Assembly: GCA_038065015.1 (NCBI GenBank)
Contig: JBBTRU010000036.1
Location: 1 to 39,242, forward strand
Origin: Patescibacteria group bacterium
GTDB lineage: Bacteria; Patescibacteriota; Patescibacteriia; PEXW01
Direction: 5' to 3'
Length of the DNA: 39,242 nucleotides
Below, one piece after another: positions 10,633 to 18,776 of this stretch (positions within the stretch are counted from its first letter, which is position 1; each line of letters starts with the position of its first letter). The notes beneath the pieces were generated by a model. That model ran no database searches. It was not told the origin of the DNA and saw nothing but the letters and a program-made list of their open reading frames with translations. A program made the position numbers and the translations under genes.

Positions 10633-12723
10633 CTACCTCGCGGCAGGCTGGCCCGCCGCCTTGGCAATAATGCCTTCGGCCACATTGCGGGGCGTTTCGG
10701 CGTAATGGCTGAATTCCATGGAATACGAGGCCCGACCCTGGGTCATGGACCGGAGGGCGGTGGCATAGCCGAACATTTCGGCCAGTGGCACGTCTGCGTC
10801 AATGACGCGCATGTTGCCGCGGTCCCGCATTTCTTTAATCTGGGCGCGCTTGCTGTTAAGGTCGCCAATGACATCACCCATAAAAGATTCGGGGGTAACC
10901 GCTTCAACCTTCATAATGGGTTCCAGCAGAACAGGCTTGGCCTTTTTGAACGCGGCCTGCACGGCCATGGAACCGGCAATTTTGAAAGCCATTTCCGAAG
11001 AGTCCACATCGTGGTAGCTCCCATCGGTCACGGTCACTTTGGCATCGATAATCGGGAAGCCCGCCAAGATCCCGCGGTCCAGGGCTTCGGCAATGCCATT
11101 ATTAATAGGTTTAATGAATTCTTTCGGGATCGCCCCGCCTTTGACATCGTCGACGAATTCGTAGCCTTTCCCCTTTTCGTTGGGTTCGATAGTGACCGTA
11201 CAGTGCCCGTACTGACCGCGGCCGCCGGTCTGGCGGATGTACTTGCCTTCGCCTTCGGCACTGGCCGTAATGGTTTCTTTATAGGCAACCTGGGGTTTAC
11301 CCACATTTGCTTCCACTTTGAATTCGCGCTTCATGCGGTCCACAATAATATCCAGGTGCAATTCGCCCATACCCGAAATAATGGTTTGGTTGGTTTCTTC
11401 GTTGTACTTTACGCGGAACGTCGGGTCTTCTTCGGCCAAGCGCTGGATAGCGGTACCCATTTTTTCCTGGTCGGCCTTGGTCTTGGGTTCAATAGCCAGG
11501 TCTATAACCGGCGTGGGAAAGGTAATAGACTCCAGCACCACGTGGTGATCGGGGTCACAAATGGTGTGGCCGGTAAAAGTTTTCTTGAGGCCGACGATAG
11601 CGGCGATTTCCCCGGTAAAGACTTCTTGCACTTCTTCCCGGTGGTTGGCGTGGAGGCGGACAATGCGGCCCACGCGTTCTTTCTCGCCCGTTGAGGTGTT
11701 GTACACGTAGGAACCAGCCGTCAGTTTGCCGGTGTAGATGCGGAAAAAAGCCAGCTTGCCCACAAAAGGGTCAGCTGCAATTTTAAAGACTAAGCCCGCG
11801 AATGGTTTTGCATCATCCGGTGTGCACACAACTTCGGCACCGGTCTTTGGGTCCGTACCTTTCGCGGCCGAAACTTCCAGCGGATTGGGCAGGTAGTCCA
11901 CCACGGCATCGAGCAATAGCTGCACGCCTTTGTTCTTCAGTGCCGAACCGCAGAGCACAGGGACCAGTGCATTGGCGATAACCGCTTTGCGCAAGGTCAC
12001 TTTCAACTCTGCCAAGGCCGGTTCTTTGCCTTCCAAGTACTGGTTCAGTTGCTGCTCGTCATTCTCCACGATTGCTTCGATGAGTTTGTGACGATAGTCT
12101 TCGACCTTTTCTTTCATGTCGGCTGGCACGTCAATTTCTTGCACATCCTGGCCGAGATCGTCGTTGTAAATATAAGCTTTGCGGGTAAACAAATCGATAA
12201 CGCCTTTGAAAGTTTCGGCCGCGCCAATGGGCAGCTGCAGCGGATGCGCGCGCGTGGTCAGTCGTTCGTGAATGCTCTTGAGGTCAAAATAGAAATCCGC
12301 GCCCATGCGGTCCATCTTGTTAATAAAGCAAATGCGCGGCACGCCAAACTTTTCGGCCTGGTGCCAGACCGTCTCGGACTGCGACTCTACGCCCGCGACG
12401 CCGTCAAAAACGACCACACCGCCGTCAAGCACACGCAAGCTGCGCTGCACTTCGACCGTGAAATCTATGTGGCCAGGGGTATCAATGAGGTTAATTTGCT
12501 TGCCGTTCCAAAAACAGGTGGTGGCGGCGGCAGTGATAGTGATGCCGCGCTCTTTCTCCTGTTCCATCCAGTCCATTTCGGCGGCGCCTTCGTGCACTTC
12601 GCCAATTTTGTGCTTTTTGCCCGTGTAGAACAAAATGCGCTCGGACACGGTGGTCTTCCCCGCGTCAATGTGGGCAATAATACCGATATTCCGAGTGTTT
12701 TCTAGCGAGTATTCACGGGGCAT
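10633..12723 (-). CDS. fusA: Elongation factor G
   Basis: 696 aa with [14 protein letters not shown] and the EF-G domain order. Confidence 0.99.
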   Translation of the reverse strand: MPREYSLENTRNIGIIAHIDAGKTTVSERILFYTGKKHKIGEVHEGAAEMDWMEQEKERGITITAAATTCFWNGKQINLIDTPGHIDFTVEVQRSLRVLDGGVVVFDGVAGVESQSETVWHQAEKFGVPRICFINKMDRMGADFYFDLKSIHERLTTRAHPLQLPIGAAETFKGVIDLFTRKAYIYNDDLGQDVQEIDVPADMKEKVEDYRHKLIEAIVENDEQQLNQYLEGKEPALAELKVTLRKAVIANALVPVLCGSALKNKGVQLLLDAVVDYLPNPLEVSAAKGTDPKTGAEVVCTPDDAKPFAGLVFKIAADPFVGKLAFFRIYTGKLTAGSYVYNTSTGEKERVGRIVRLHANHREEVQEVFTGEIAAIVGLKKTFTGHTICDPDHHVVLESITFPTPVIDLAIEPKTKADQEKMGTAIQRLAEEDPTFRVKYNEETNQTIISGMGELHLDIIVDRMKREFKVEANVGKPQVAYKETITASAEGEGKYIRQTGGRGQYGHCTVTIEPNEKGKGYEFVDDVKGGAIPKEFIKPINNGIAEALDRGILAGFPIIDAKVTVTDGSYHDVDSSEMAFKIAGSMAVQAAFKKAKPVLLEPIMKVEAVTPESFMGDVIGDLNSKRAQIKEMRDRGNMRVIDADVPLAEMFGYATALRSMTQGRASYSMEFSHYAETPRNVAEGIIAKAAGQPAAR

Positions 12724-12726
12724 ACA

Positions 12727-12764
12727 TTACGAATTACGAAAAGGGATACAATAGTACGAAATAC
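12727..12764 (-). repeat. TTCGTAA-heptamer element upstream of fusA
   Basis: Minus strand GTATTTCGTACTATTGTATCCCTTTTCGTAATTCGTAA, then TGT, then ATG. No GGAGG-type SD. Confidence 0.8.
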
Positions 12765-12943
12765 ATGAACCAAAGGCGGCAGCGGTGCAGTGCGATACGA
12801 CGGTCTGGAGCGAGGAACGAACGAACCGTACTGACGTACGGTGAGTGAGTGCCGCAGCGAAGACCAAGCCCGAAGGGTCGCGCTCGCAGTGGTCGGGCTC
12901 TGCCCGCCAATGCGACGCGATAGCGCACGCACCCCTGCCGCCG

Positions 12944-13408
12944 CTACGCGAAGTGGGCAAAGGCGCGGTTAGCTTCTGCCATGCGGTGAACGTCTAATTT
13001 CTTCTTGACCGCATCACCTTCGTTGTTCACTGCGGCAATGAGTTCGGCAGCGAGCTTCTGCGCCATAGGCTTGCCCTTCTTGCCCCGGGCGGCCGTAAGA
13101 ATCCAGCGGAAGGCCAGCGCTTGCCGGCGATCGCCGCGGACTTCCATTGGCACTTGGTAGTTAGATCCACCCACGCGCTTGGCTTTTACTTCGACCACCG
13201 GGGCAACGTTGCGGATGGCCAGTTCAAACGCTTCGAGCTGCGGCTTGCCGGTTTTCTCGTGAAGAATATCGAGGGCTTGGAAGACAATTTTCTGGGCCAC
13301 GGTTTTCTTGCCGCGCTCCATAAGGTAGTTGACGAATTTTGCCAACGCCAAACTCTTGTACTTCGGGTCTGGTTGGATAACACGACGTGGTGCTTGTTTA
13401 CCGCGCAT
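12944..13408 (-). CDS. rpsG: 30S ribosomal protein S7
   Basis: 154 aa starting [17 protein letters not shown], with [16 protein letters not shown]-like core. Confidence 0.97.
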   Translation of the reverse strand: MRGKQAPRRVIQPDPKYKSLALAKFVNYLMERGKKTVAQKIVFQALDILHEKTGKPQLEAFELAIRNVAPVVEVKAKRVGGSNYQVPMEVRGDRRQALAFRWILTAARGKKGKPMAQKLAAELIAAVNNEGDAVKKKLDVHRMAEANRAFAHFA

Positions 13409-13411
13409 ATT

Positions 13412-13828
13412 TTAGGAAGGGCGCTTAGCGCCGTACAAACTGCGGCCTTGCTTGCGATTGGCCACGCCTTGCGTGTCGTACACGCCGCGAACAATGTGGT
13501 AGCGGACACCCGGTAGGTCTTTGACGCGGCCGCCGCGAATGAGCACAATAGAGTGCTCCTGCAGGTTATGGCCAATGCCCGGGATGTAGGCCGTCACTTC
13601 CATGCCGTTGGACAGGCGCACACGGGCAATTTTGCGGAGGGCAGAGTTTGGCTTCTTGGGGGTGGTGGTCGTCACTTTTACGCACACGCCACGCTTAAAC
13701 GGACTGCCTTCGGGCAGCTCATGGCGGTAGCGCTTGAGCGCGTTGAGCACCGGCTGGAGAGCCGGGGTTTTGGATTTACGCCGGGCATTGAAGCGCCCTT
13801 TGCGCACGAGTTGATTGACGGTAGGCAT
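13412..13828 (-). CDS. rpsL: 30S ribosomal protein S12
   Basis: The track ORF extends to 13927. The conserved N-terminus [12 protein letters not shown] starts at the ATG at 13828. Confidence 0.96.
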   Translation of the reverse strand: MPTVNQLVRKGRFNARRKSKTPALQPVLNALKRYRHELPEGSPFKRGVCVKVTTTTPKKPNSALRKIARVRLSNGMEVTAYIPGIGHNLQEHSIVLIRGGRVKDLPGVRYHIVRGVYDTQGVANRKQGRSLYGAKRPS

Positions 13829-13917
13829 TTTGAGTAGAAACAAATGACCGCGGTGGTGTCTGGCCCCGCTGTCTGATGAAGAACGTTGGGGAAATTCTAC
13901 AGGTTCAAGCAGGTGAG

Positions 13918-13946
13918 AGCGTACCACGGGGAGGAGGGTACGTCAA
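13918..13946 (-). promoter_or_regulatory. Candidate promoter of the str operon
   Basis: Minus strand TTGACG (13941-13946), 17 nt, TACGCT (13918-13923). About 90 nt upstream of rpsL. Confidence 0.35.
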
Positions 13947-13957
13947 GGGAACCAGTG

Positions 13958-14075
13958 TTACGAAATACGAATGGTACCTACGAATATACGAATTACGAAT
14001 CTACTTGTTCAAGCCTATAATTCTGATTAGAGAATTCGTATTTCGTATATTCGTATCTTTTTTCGTAATTCGTAA
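13958..14075. repeat. Inverted pair of 43-nt TACGAA/TTCGTA repeat arms around a 32-nt spacer
   Basis: Left arm TTACGAAATACGAATGGTACCTACGAATATACGAATTACGAAT (13958-14000). Right arm AATTCGTATTTCGTATATTCGTATCTTTTTTCGTAATTCGTAA (14033-14075). The spacer contains TATAAT. Confidence 0.85.
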
Positions 14076-14079
14076 CCCA

Positions 14080-14709
14080 CTATGGGACAATAATCCGGAA
14101 GACAAAAGTTTCAACGGCCTGAAAAACTGTGCCGAGGAAGTTCTGCCCGAAGAAAATGAGGAAGAGCAGGATGACGAAGCCGTACCGCTGGAGCCCTTCG
14201 ACTAATCCTGCAAACTGCTGCGGGAGCAGGGAGAGGAGTTTGGAACCGTCCAGCGGCGGGATGGGCAGGAGGTTGAAAAGCATGAGGACCACGTTGAACT
14301 GCACCAAAAAAGCCAGGAAGGTGTGGAGGAGGTTGTCGGCAGGCAGGTTACCAATTTGCAGGACCAACCTAAATACCAAACCAAAGAAGAGGACGCCCAG
14401 AAGATTTGAGGCTGGTCCGGCAAGGGAAACAATTGCCGGCCCCCAGCGTTTGGCTTTGAGATTGTACGGGTTGAACGGCACGGGCTTGCCCCAGCCAAAA
14501 CCAAAAAGGACAAGGACCAAAAACCCCATGGGGTCCACGTGCGAGAGCGGGTTGAGCGTCACCCGGCCTTCCAGCTCGGCCGTGCTATCGCCTTGCAGTT
14601 TGGCCACCAAGGCATGGCTAAATTCGTGGATGGTAATTGCCACGGTTATGGCGGCAACCCACGCCAGCGCAACCGCGGGATTCGACAGGAGGATATTGAT
14701 GAAGTTCAT
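14080..14709 (-). CDS. Site-2 protease family (peptidase M50) membrane metalloprotease
   Basis: 209 aa with HEFSH (HExxH) and NLLPIPPLDG motifs. Multiple hydrophobic spans. Confidence 0.85.
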   Translation of the reverse strand: MNFINILLSNPAVALAWVAAITVAITIHEFSHALVAKLQGDSTAELEGRVTLNPLSHVDPMGFLVLVLFGFGWGKPVPFNPYNLKAKRWGPAIVSLAGPASNLLGVLFFGLVFRLVLQIGNLPADNLLHTFLAFLVQFNVVLMLFNLLPIPPLDGSKLLSLLPQQFAGLVEGLQRYGFVILLFLIFFGQNFLGTVFQAVETFVFRIIVP

Positions 14710-14773
14710 TAGGGCTTGTCAGGAAATGATTATACTGGTAGTCTTCGAACCACTGCTCACTCAACTATACCGT

Positions 14774-14953
14774 ATGGCCCGAACCTGCACCATCTGTGGA
14801 CGCGGCAGCCTGAAAGGCAACCAGCGCAGCCACTCCAAAGTCGCCACTATTCGGCGGCAACACGTAAACATCCAAACCGTCTTTACCGGCGGCAAGCGGG
14901 TTGATGCGTGCACGTCCTGCATCCGTACCGAAGCCCGGAAAACAACGAAGTAA
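14774..14953 (+). CDS. rpmB: 50S ribosomal protein L28 (four-Cys form)
   Basis: The ATG at 14774 gives MARTCTICGRGSLKGNQRSHSKVATIRRQHVNIQ...CTSC, 59 aa. It is the tail of the spurious 274-aa track ORF. Confidence 0.9.
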   Translation: MARTCTICGRGSLKGNQRSHSKVATIRRQHVNIQTVFTGGKRVDACTSCIRTEARKTTK

Positions 14954-14970
14954 CTAGGTTTTTCCAATGA

Positions 14971-14992
14971 ACTGGCGCCCAGCCAGTTTTTT
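14971..14992 (+). terminator. Rho-independent terminator after rpmB
   Basis: ACTGGC-gccca-GCCAGT followed by TTTTTT. Lies between convergent genes. Confidence 0.65.
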
Positions 14993-14993
14993 G

Positions 14994-15734
14994 CTATTCC
15001 AAAGCCTTTGCCAGCGCTGCGGGGTTGAGGAGTGGCCAGTCGTGCATGCCAGGTACCACCTGCAACATTGCGTGCGGCATAATGCTGGCCAGCTCTTCCC
15101 CAACCGAGATTGGGACGAAGACGTCCCGATCACCCCAGAGTATCAGTGTTGGAATGGATATTTTTTTCGCTTCAGCACGGACGTCTAGCCGCTTGCATTC
15201 TTCGGCCAAGCGGAAGAGGTCGCGAGTATTGTTGCGAAGGTTGTACCCAAATGGCGAGACGACATTCTGCACGTACCGCCGCGGCGCGTGGGTAATATTC
15301 TGTAACTCTTTTTGCAACCACCGCACGTTCCAACCTGTTCGGGTTCGCTGTATTGGTGCGCCAAGCGGGTCAATCAGCACCAGCCTTCGAAGGGTGCTCG
15401 CGGGGAGCAGTGAAGCTGCGACAATCGCCACAGCACCGCCAAACGAATGCCCGACCAAGGTAGCGTTACGGATGCCTAAGTGAATTATCCAGTCGGCGTA
15501 GAGCTTCCCAAAATCTCGTACGGTAAAATCCGGCCGTGGTAAAGGGTGTGATTTCCCGTGACCCACGAGCGAAGGTGTAAAAATACAATGGGTTTTTTCG
15601 AGCGACTCCCGCACGTGCTGGGCCCCGCCGGCGTGCACGCTCCAGCCGTGCAGAAAAACGAGTGGGTCTCCCGACCCCGCACTGAAGCTGTGGATATGGA
15701 GGCCATTGACCTGGTGGACGTGCTCGTTGTGCAT
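14994..15734 (-). CDS. Alpha/beta-fold hydrolase
   Basis: 246 aa with the HGW oxyanion region, GHSFGG nucleophile elbow and a C-terminal H. Confidence 0.8.
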   Translation of the reverse strand: MHNEHVHQVNGLHIHSFSAGSGDPLVFLHGWSVHAGGAQHVRESLEKTHCIFTPSLVGHGKSHPLPRPDFTVRDFGKLYADWIIHLGIRNATLVGHSFGGAVAIVAASLLPASTLRRLVLIDPLGAPIQRTRTGWNVRWLQKELQNITHAPRRYVQNVVSPFGYNLRNNTRDLFRLAEECKRLDVRAEAKKISIPTLILWGDRDVFVPISVGEELASIMPHAMLQVVPGMHDWPLLNPAALAKALE

Positions 15735-15757
15735 AGCTCTATGCTACCACGACCGCC

Positions 15758-15785
15758 TTGACACGGGCCTGTGGTTGCGTAGACT
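15758..15785 (+). promoter_or_regulatory. Candidate promoter for the orphan ORF
   Basis: TTGACA (15758-15763), 16 nt, TAGACT (15780-15785). AGGAG SD at 15810-15814 lies before the ATG at 15819. Confidence 0.5.
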
Positions 15786-15818
15786 GGAGGCAAAAGAAAA
15801 ACAATTCAAAGGAGCAAC

Positions 15819-16337
15819 ATGCACCTGAACAACGCACATGCACATGTAATACGTGAATGCCGTGAACTCATGGTCAGCGATATCGAAGATGCGGAAGAAC
15901 TTTTAGAAGAGACCTGCAACCTACCCCAGAGGACTTTCCGGGAAGCGGTGGCGCGCTACGTCCTTGAGCTGATTTCCTGGAATATTGGCCGGACGCTGAT
16001 TCCAGAAAAAACACTCACGGAAGAAGGATTTTGCGATGCGGTGGCACTAGCTTTCGCGTGCGCCATCGAATGTGATCGACCGGCCCGGTTTGCCAGATAC
16101 CCTGCAGAACGTTTTGCAAAAGTACTCATTGAGCGGTACATGATTGGGTACCAAGTCATTGATGACCTTGGTTTTCCTGATGAAGAGCTAGTAAAATTCA
16201 CCTACTCCATGGAGGACATCCCCGAAGATCCGAAAGCAGAACTCTGCACATTCATTAGGGAAATTGACGTCACTACTTTTGGCCGCTTCGCGCTACCGGT
16301 GCAGCAACAGACTTACAACCAACCCGAGTCACCATGA
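15819..16337 (+). CDS. Hypothetical acidic protein, 172 aa
   Basis: Has a good SD plus its own promoter and terminator. I recognise no family. Confidence 0.6.
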   Translation: MHLNNAHAHVIRECRELMVSDIEDAEELLEETCNLPQRTFREAVARYVLELISWNIGRTLIPEKTLTEEGFCDAVALAFACAIECDRPARFARYPAERFAKVLIERYMIGYQVIDDLGFPDEELVKFTYSMEDIPEDPKAELCTFIREIDVTTFGRFALPVQQQTYNQPESP

Positions 16338-16352
16338 CTCGGGTCTTTATTT
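16322..16352 (+). terminator. Rho-independent terminator
   Basis: ACCCGAGTCA-cca-TGACTCGGGT then CTTTATTT. The stop codon lies in the hairpin. Confidence 0.75.
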
Positions 16353-16389
16353 ACAAAAAAGTGGACACAACGTACACTAGCGCAATCGT

Positions 16390-16465
16390 CGGGGTGTGGC
16401 GCAGTTGGTAGCGCGCTTGCATGGGGTGCAAGAGGCCCCGGGTTCAAGTCCCGGCACCCCGACCA
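16390..16465 (+). tRNA. tRNA-Pro (anticodon GGG), CCA encoded
   Basis: Hand-folded cloverleaf: acceptor CGGGGTG/CACCCCG, D stem GCGC/GCGC, anticodon stem CTTGC/GCAAG with loop AT-GGG-GT, T arm CCGGG-TTCAAGT-CCCGG, then A-CCA. Confidence 0.9.
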
Positions 16466-16623
16466 GCTCGTTTCTCACGTCGGGCTACGTTTTGCCGTGA
16501 ACGGCAAAAACTTCGCCCTTCGTGAGAAGCCTCGCTTTACCCCAGAAATTCGTACTCCCTCGCTTCTCTCGGTCCGTGCCAAATTTCTGGGGACCCCGAT
16601 ATGAATGCACTATCCAGACTTAT

Positions 16624-16651
16624 TTGCATAGCCTGTTTTTCCTGTTACACT
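16624..16651 (+). promoter_or_regulatory. Candidate promoter for the metK leader
   Basis: TTGCAT (16624-16629), 16 nt, TACACT (16646-16651). About 15 nt upstream of the candidate aptamer. Confidence 0.4.
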
Positions 16652-16663
16652 GTTTGTACAATT

Positions 16664-16840
16664 CGCGTATCAAGAGTGCTGGGAAGAGTTCTCGCTCGCT
16701 TACCTGTCCGCCGACCTTCGTCGGCCGTAGCCGACTTCGGTCGGCAAAGGCCGAAGCCTTGGCGGAGGTGGACACCCAGCCGGCAACTCGTCTGTAATAA
16801 GACATAAGTGCTACTTCGAGCCCGCAAGGGAAGATACACA
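16664..16840 (+). promoter_or_regulatory. Candidate SAM-I-clan (S-box-like) riboswitch aptamer upstream of metK
   Basis: GUAUCAAGAG-U-GCUGGG...CCCAGC-C-GGCAAC...GUGCUAcUUCgAGCCC-GCAA-GGGAAGAUAC. P1 is GUAUC (16667-71) / GAUAC (16833-37). Matches S-box core strings as I recall them. Confidence 0.5.
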
Positions 16841-17032
16841 GTTACCACCAACTGCCTTCCGTTTACGCGGAAGGCGCTTCGTAATGTATATGCCTTCCCC
16901 TCTCTCGCCCTTCCTCCGGACCTATCGGTCCGTAGGACCGGAGGTCGGGCACCTGGGTGCTTCCGATGGGTCGCACCCGCCTGCGGCTCCCCAAGGTGAG
17001 AGAGTACTGTAAACGTACTCCATTCATATAAT

Positions 17033-17056
17033 CGTATCTCTTTTCGTAATTCGTAA
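17033..17056 (+). repeat. TTCGTAA-heptamer element upstream of metK
   Basis: CGTATCTCTTTTCGTAATTCGTAA, then ACGCT, then ATG. No SD. Confidence 0.8.
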
Positions 17057-17061
17057 ACGCT

Positions 17062-18084
17062 ATGCTTACCACGACAGAGTCAGTCACCATTGGCCACCCG
17101 GATAAAATCTGCGACCAAATTTCGGACGCGATTGTGGACGCCTACCTCGTACAAGACCCCCTCTCCCGCGTGGCGGTGAACAGCATGGGCTCACATGGCA
17201 TCCTCTTCATTGGCGGGGAGGCCACATCGAAAGGCACGGTGGACCACGCCAAACTCGCCGAAACACTCTACAAAGAAATTGGCTACGATGAGACGCTAAA
17301 AATCATCGTGAATGTGGTGCCTCAATCCCCCGACATTGCCCAAGGCGTGGACACCGGCGGCGCGGGCGACCAAGGCATGATGTACGGCTTTGCCACAGAT
17401 GAGACACCCGAAATGCTCCCCCGCCAGGTTGTTGCCGCCCACGCCCTCACCCGCGGACTCACTGCGCTCCGAGCAAAGCCAGGATTTGAGTGGTTGAAAC
17501 CAGACGGAAAGTCACAGGTGACGTATGCGAATGGAAATCTCAAAACCATCCTCGTCTCCTGTCAGCACGCAGAGAACATTGAGCAGGTAGAAATTAAAGC
17601 GCAGCTCACCGAGCACCTCTTCAAGCCAGTATTCGGTAATCTCACTGGTATTGAAATTCTCGTAAACCCAACCGGCCGCTTTGTCCAAGGCGGATTCTTC
17701 GCTGACACTGGCTTAACCGGCCGGAAAATTATGGTGGATACCTACGGCGGCCTTATTCCGCACGGCGGCGGCGCTTTTAGCGGCAAAGACCCCTCGAAAG
17801 TTGACCGTTCGGCTGCCTACTTCTGCCGCTACGTGGCGCGGCAGCTGGTGAAGCGCGAACTCTGCCACCGGGCGACCGTGCGCGTGGCCTACGCCATTGG
17901 CCGCGCCGAACCGGTGATGGTTGATGTGGAGAGCGATGCCAAGGAAGACCTGCGGCCGCTCATCGAGAAGGAGTTTGACTTCACGCCTAAAGCGATCATC
18001 GAAAAGCTCGGCCTCCGCAAGCCCATCTACAAGCAGACCGCAGAGAACGGTCACTTCGGGAATCCGGTATTTCCGTGGGAGTAA
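17062..18084 (+). CDS. metK: S-adenosylmethionine synthetase (short, 340 aa)
   Basis: GHPDKICDQISDA, GAGDQGMMYGFA, DTYGG and GGGAFSGKDPSKVDRSAAY motifs. Confidence 0.95.
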   Translation: MLTTTESVTIGHPDKICDQISDAIVDAYLVQDPLSRVAVNSMGSHGILFIGGEATSKGTVDHAKLAETLYKEIGYDETLKIIVNVVPQSPDIAQGVDTGGAGDQGMMYGFATDETPEMLPRQVVAAHALTRGLTALRAKPGFEWLKPDGKSQVTYANGNLKTILVSCQHAENIEQVEIKAQLTEHLFKPVFGNLTGIEILVNPTGRFVQGGFFADTGLTGRKIMVDTYGGLIPHGGGAFSGKDPSKVDRSAAYFCRYVARQLVKRELCHRATVRVAYAIGRAEPVMVDVESDAKEDLRPLIEKEFDFTPKAIIEKLGLRKPIYKQTAENGHFGNPVFPWE

Positions 18085-18130
18085 TAAGACGTGAAGACCA
18101 AGCGCAGGCCTCTGTGCCTGCGCATCAAAA

Positions 18131-18166
18131 CGCGGGCAGGGACGCCCGCGCTAGATTATTTATTTG
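18131..18166. terminator. Bidirectional terminator between convergent metK and ndk
   Basis: CGCGGGC-agggac-GCCCGCG flanked by T-runs on both strands. A second hairpin GCGCAGGC/GCCTGCGC lies at 18102-18123. Confidence 0.6.
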
Positions 18167-18174
18167 ATAACTTC

Positions 18175-18771
18175 CTAAAACTGTATATCCTCTTCCATGC
18201 GCTTGTAGGCATGGACTTCGTCCGGGGTAAACCAATTCTTGATTTCGTTTTCAGCTTCGGCAGCGGTTTCGGACGCGTGGACAATGTTGTGCACGCTGCG
18301 CTTTTCTTTGTTCGCCGCCGCCGCAGAATCTACCGAGTAGTCGCCGCGGAGCGTACCCATCTCGGCCAAGTACGGCATGGTCGGGCCGGCAATCTTGCGG
18401 ACCATATCCACGGCGTGCACGCCCTGCACGATCATTTTGACCACTGGGCCGCTGGTCATAAAATCCAACAACCAACCACGAACCATTTTACCAATTTCCA
18501 GTAAATCCGTGGTGCCCAACTCGGCCTGCATGTCGTAGCTGTACTTTTCGTAGGTCTTGGCAGTTTTCTCGCCGACGCGGCGCGTCCAGGCATCGTCTTT
18601 AGGATAGTGGTTGTCCATTTCTTCCCGCTTAGCCCAAATCATTTTTAGGGCAATAACCTTGAGACCGCGCTGCTCGAACCGGCCAATAATCTCACCAATG
18701 AGACCGCGCTTCACGCCATCGGGTTTGACCAAAACGACGGTACGCTCTTCGCGGGGGTGTGGGGTGGCCAT
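18175..18771 (-). CDS. ndk: Nucleoside diphosphate kinase, long form (198 aa)
   Basis: VVLVKPDGVKRGLIGEIIGRFE, DFMTSGPVV and NIVHASE motifs. Roughly 40 extra residues after the HY motif. Confidence 0.88.
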   Translation of the reverse strand: MATPHPREERTVVLVKPDGVKRGLIGEIIGRFEQRGLKVIALKMIWAKREEMDNHYPKDDAWTRRVGEKTAKTYEKYSYDMQAELGTTDLLEIGKMVRGWLLDFMTSGPVVKMIVQGVHAVDMVRKIAGPTMPYLAEMGTLRGDYSVDSAAAANKEKRSVHNIVHASETAAEAENEIKNWFTPDEVHAYKRMEEDIQF

Positions 18772-18776
18772 AATGC

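Noticed and set aside
12702-12960. Three overlapping minus-strand ORFs (64-77 aa) in the rpsG-fusA spacer
   Set aside because: They are mutually overlapping in different frames with Arg/Ala/Ser-rich composition, no SD and no recognisable family. I treat the region as non-coding structured DNA.
13958-14075. Could the TACGAA repeats be a CRISPR array or a tandem-repeat satellite?
   Set aside because: The units are 6-7 nt with no unique spacers of 25-40 nt. The copies are dispersed at gene starts and arranged as inverted arms, which is not CRISPR architecture.
14129-14773. N-terminal 215 aa of the 274-aa plus-strand track ORF
   Set aside because: It is antisense to the M50 protease gene and Arg/Pro/Ser-rich. 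Only the last 59 codons (from the ATG at 14774) match L28.
16466-17061. tmRNA, RNase P RNA, SRP RNA or a GOLLD/ROOL-type large ncRNA next to the tRNA
   Set aside because: I could not find the conserved strings I remember for tmRNA (tRNA-like ends), RNase P (GAGGAAAGUCC) or SRP (GUCAGGUCCGGAAGGAAGCAGC-type helix 8). Part of the region is better explained as a metK riboswitch and part as dispersed repeats. I cannot exclude other ncRNAs without a covariance-model search.
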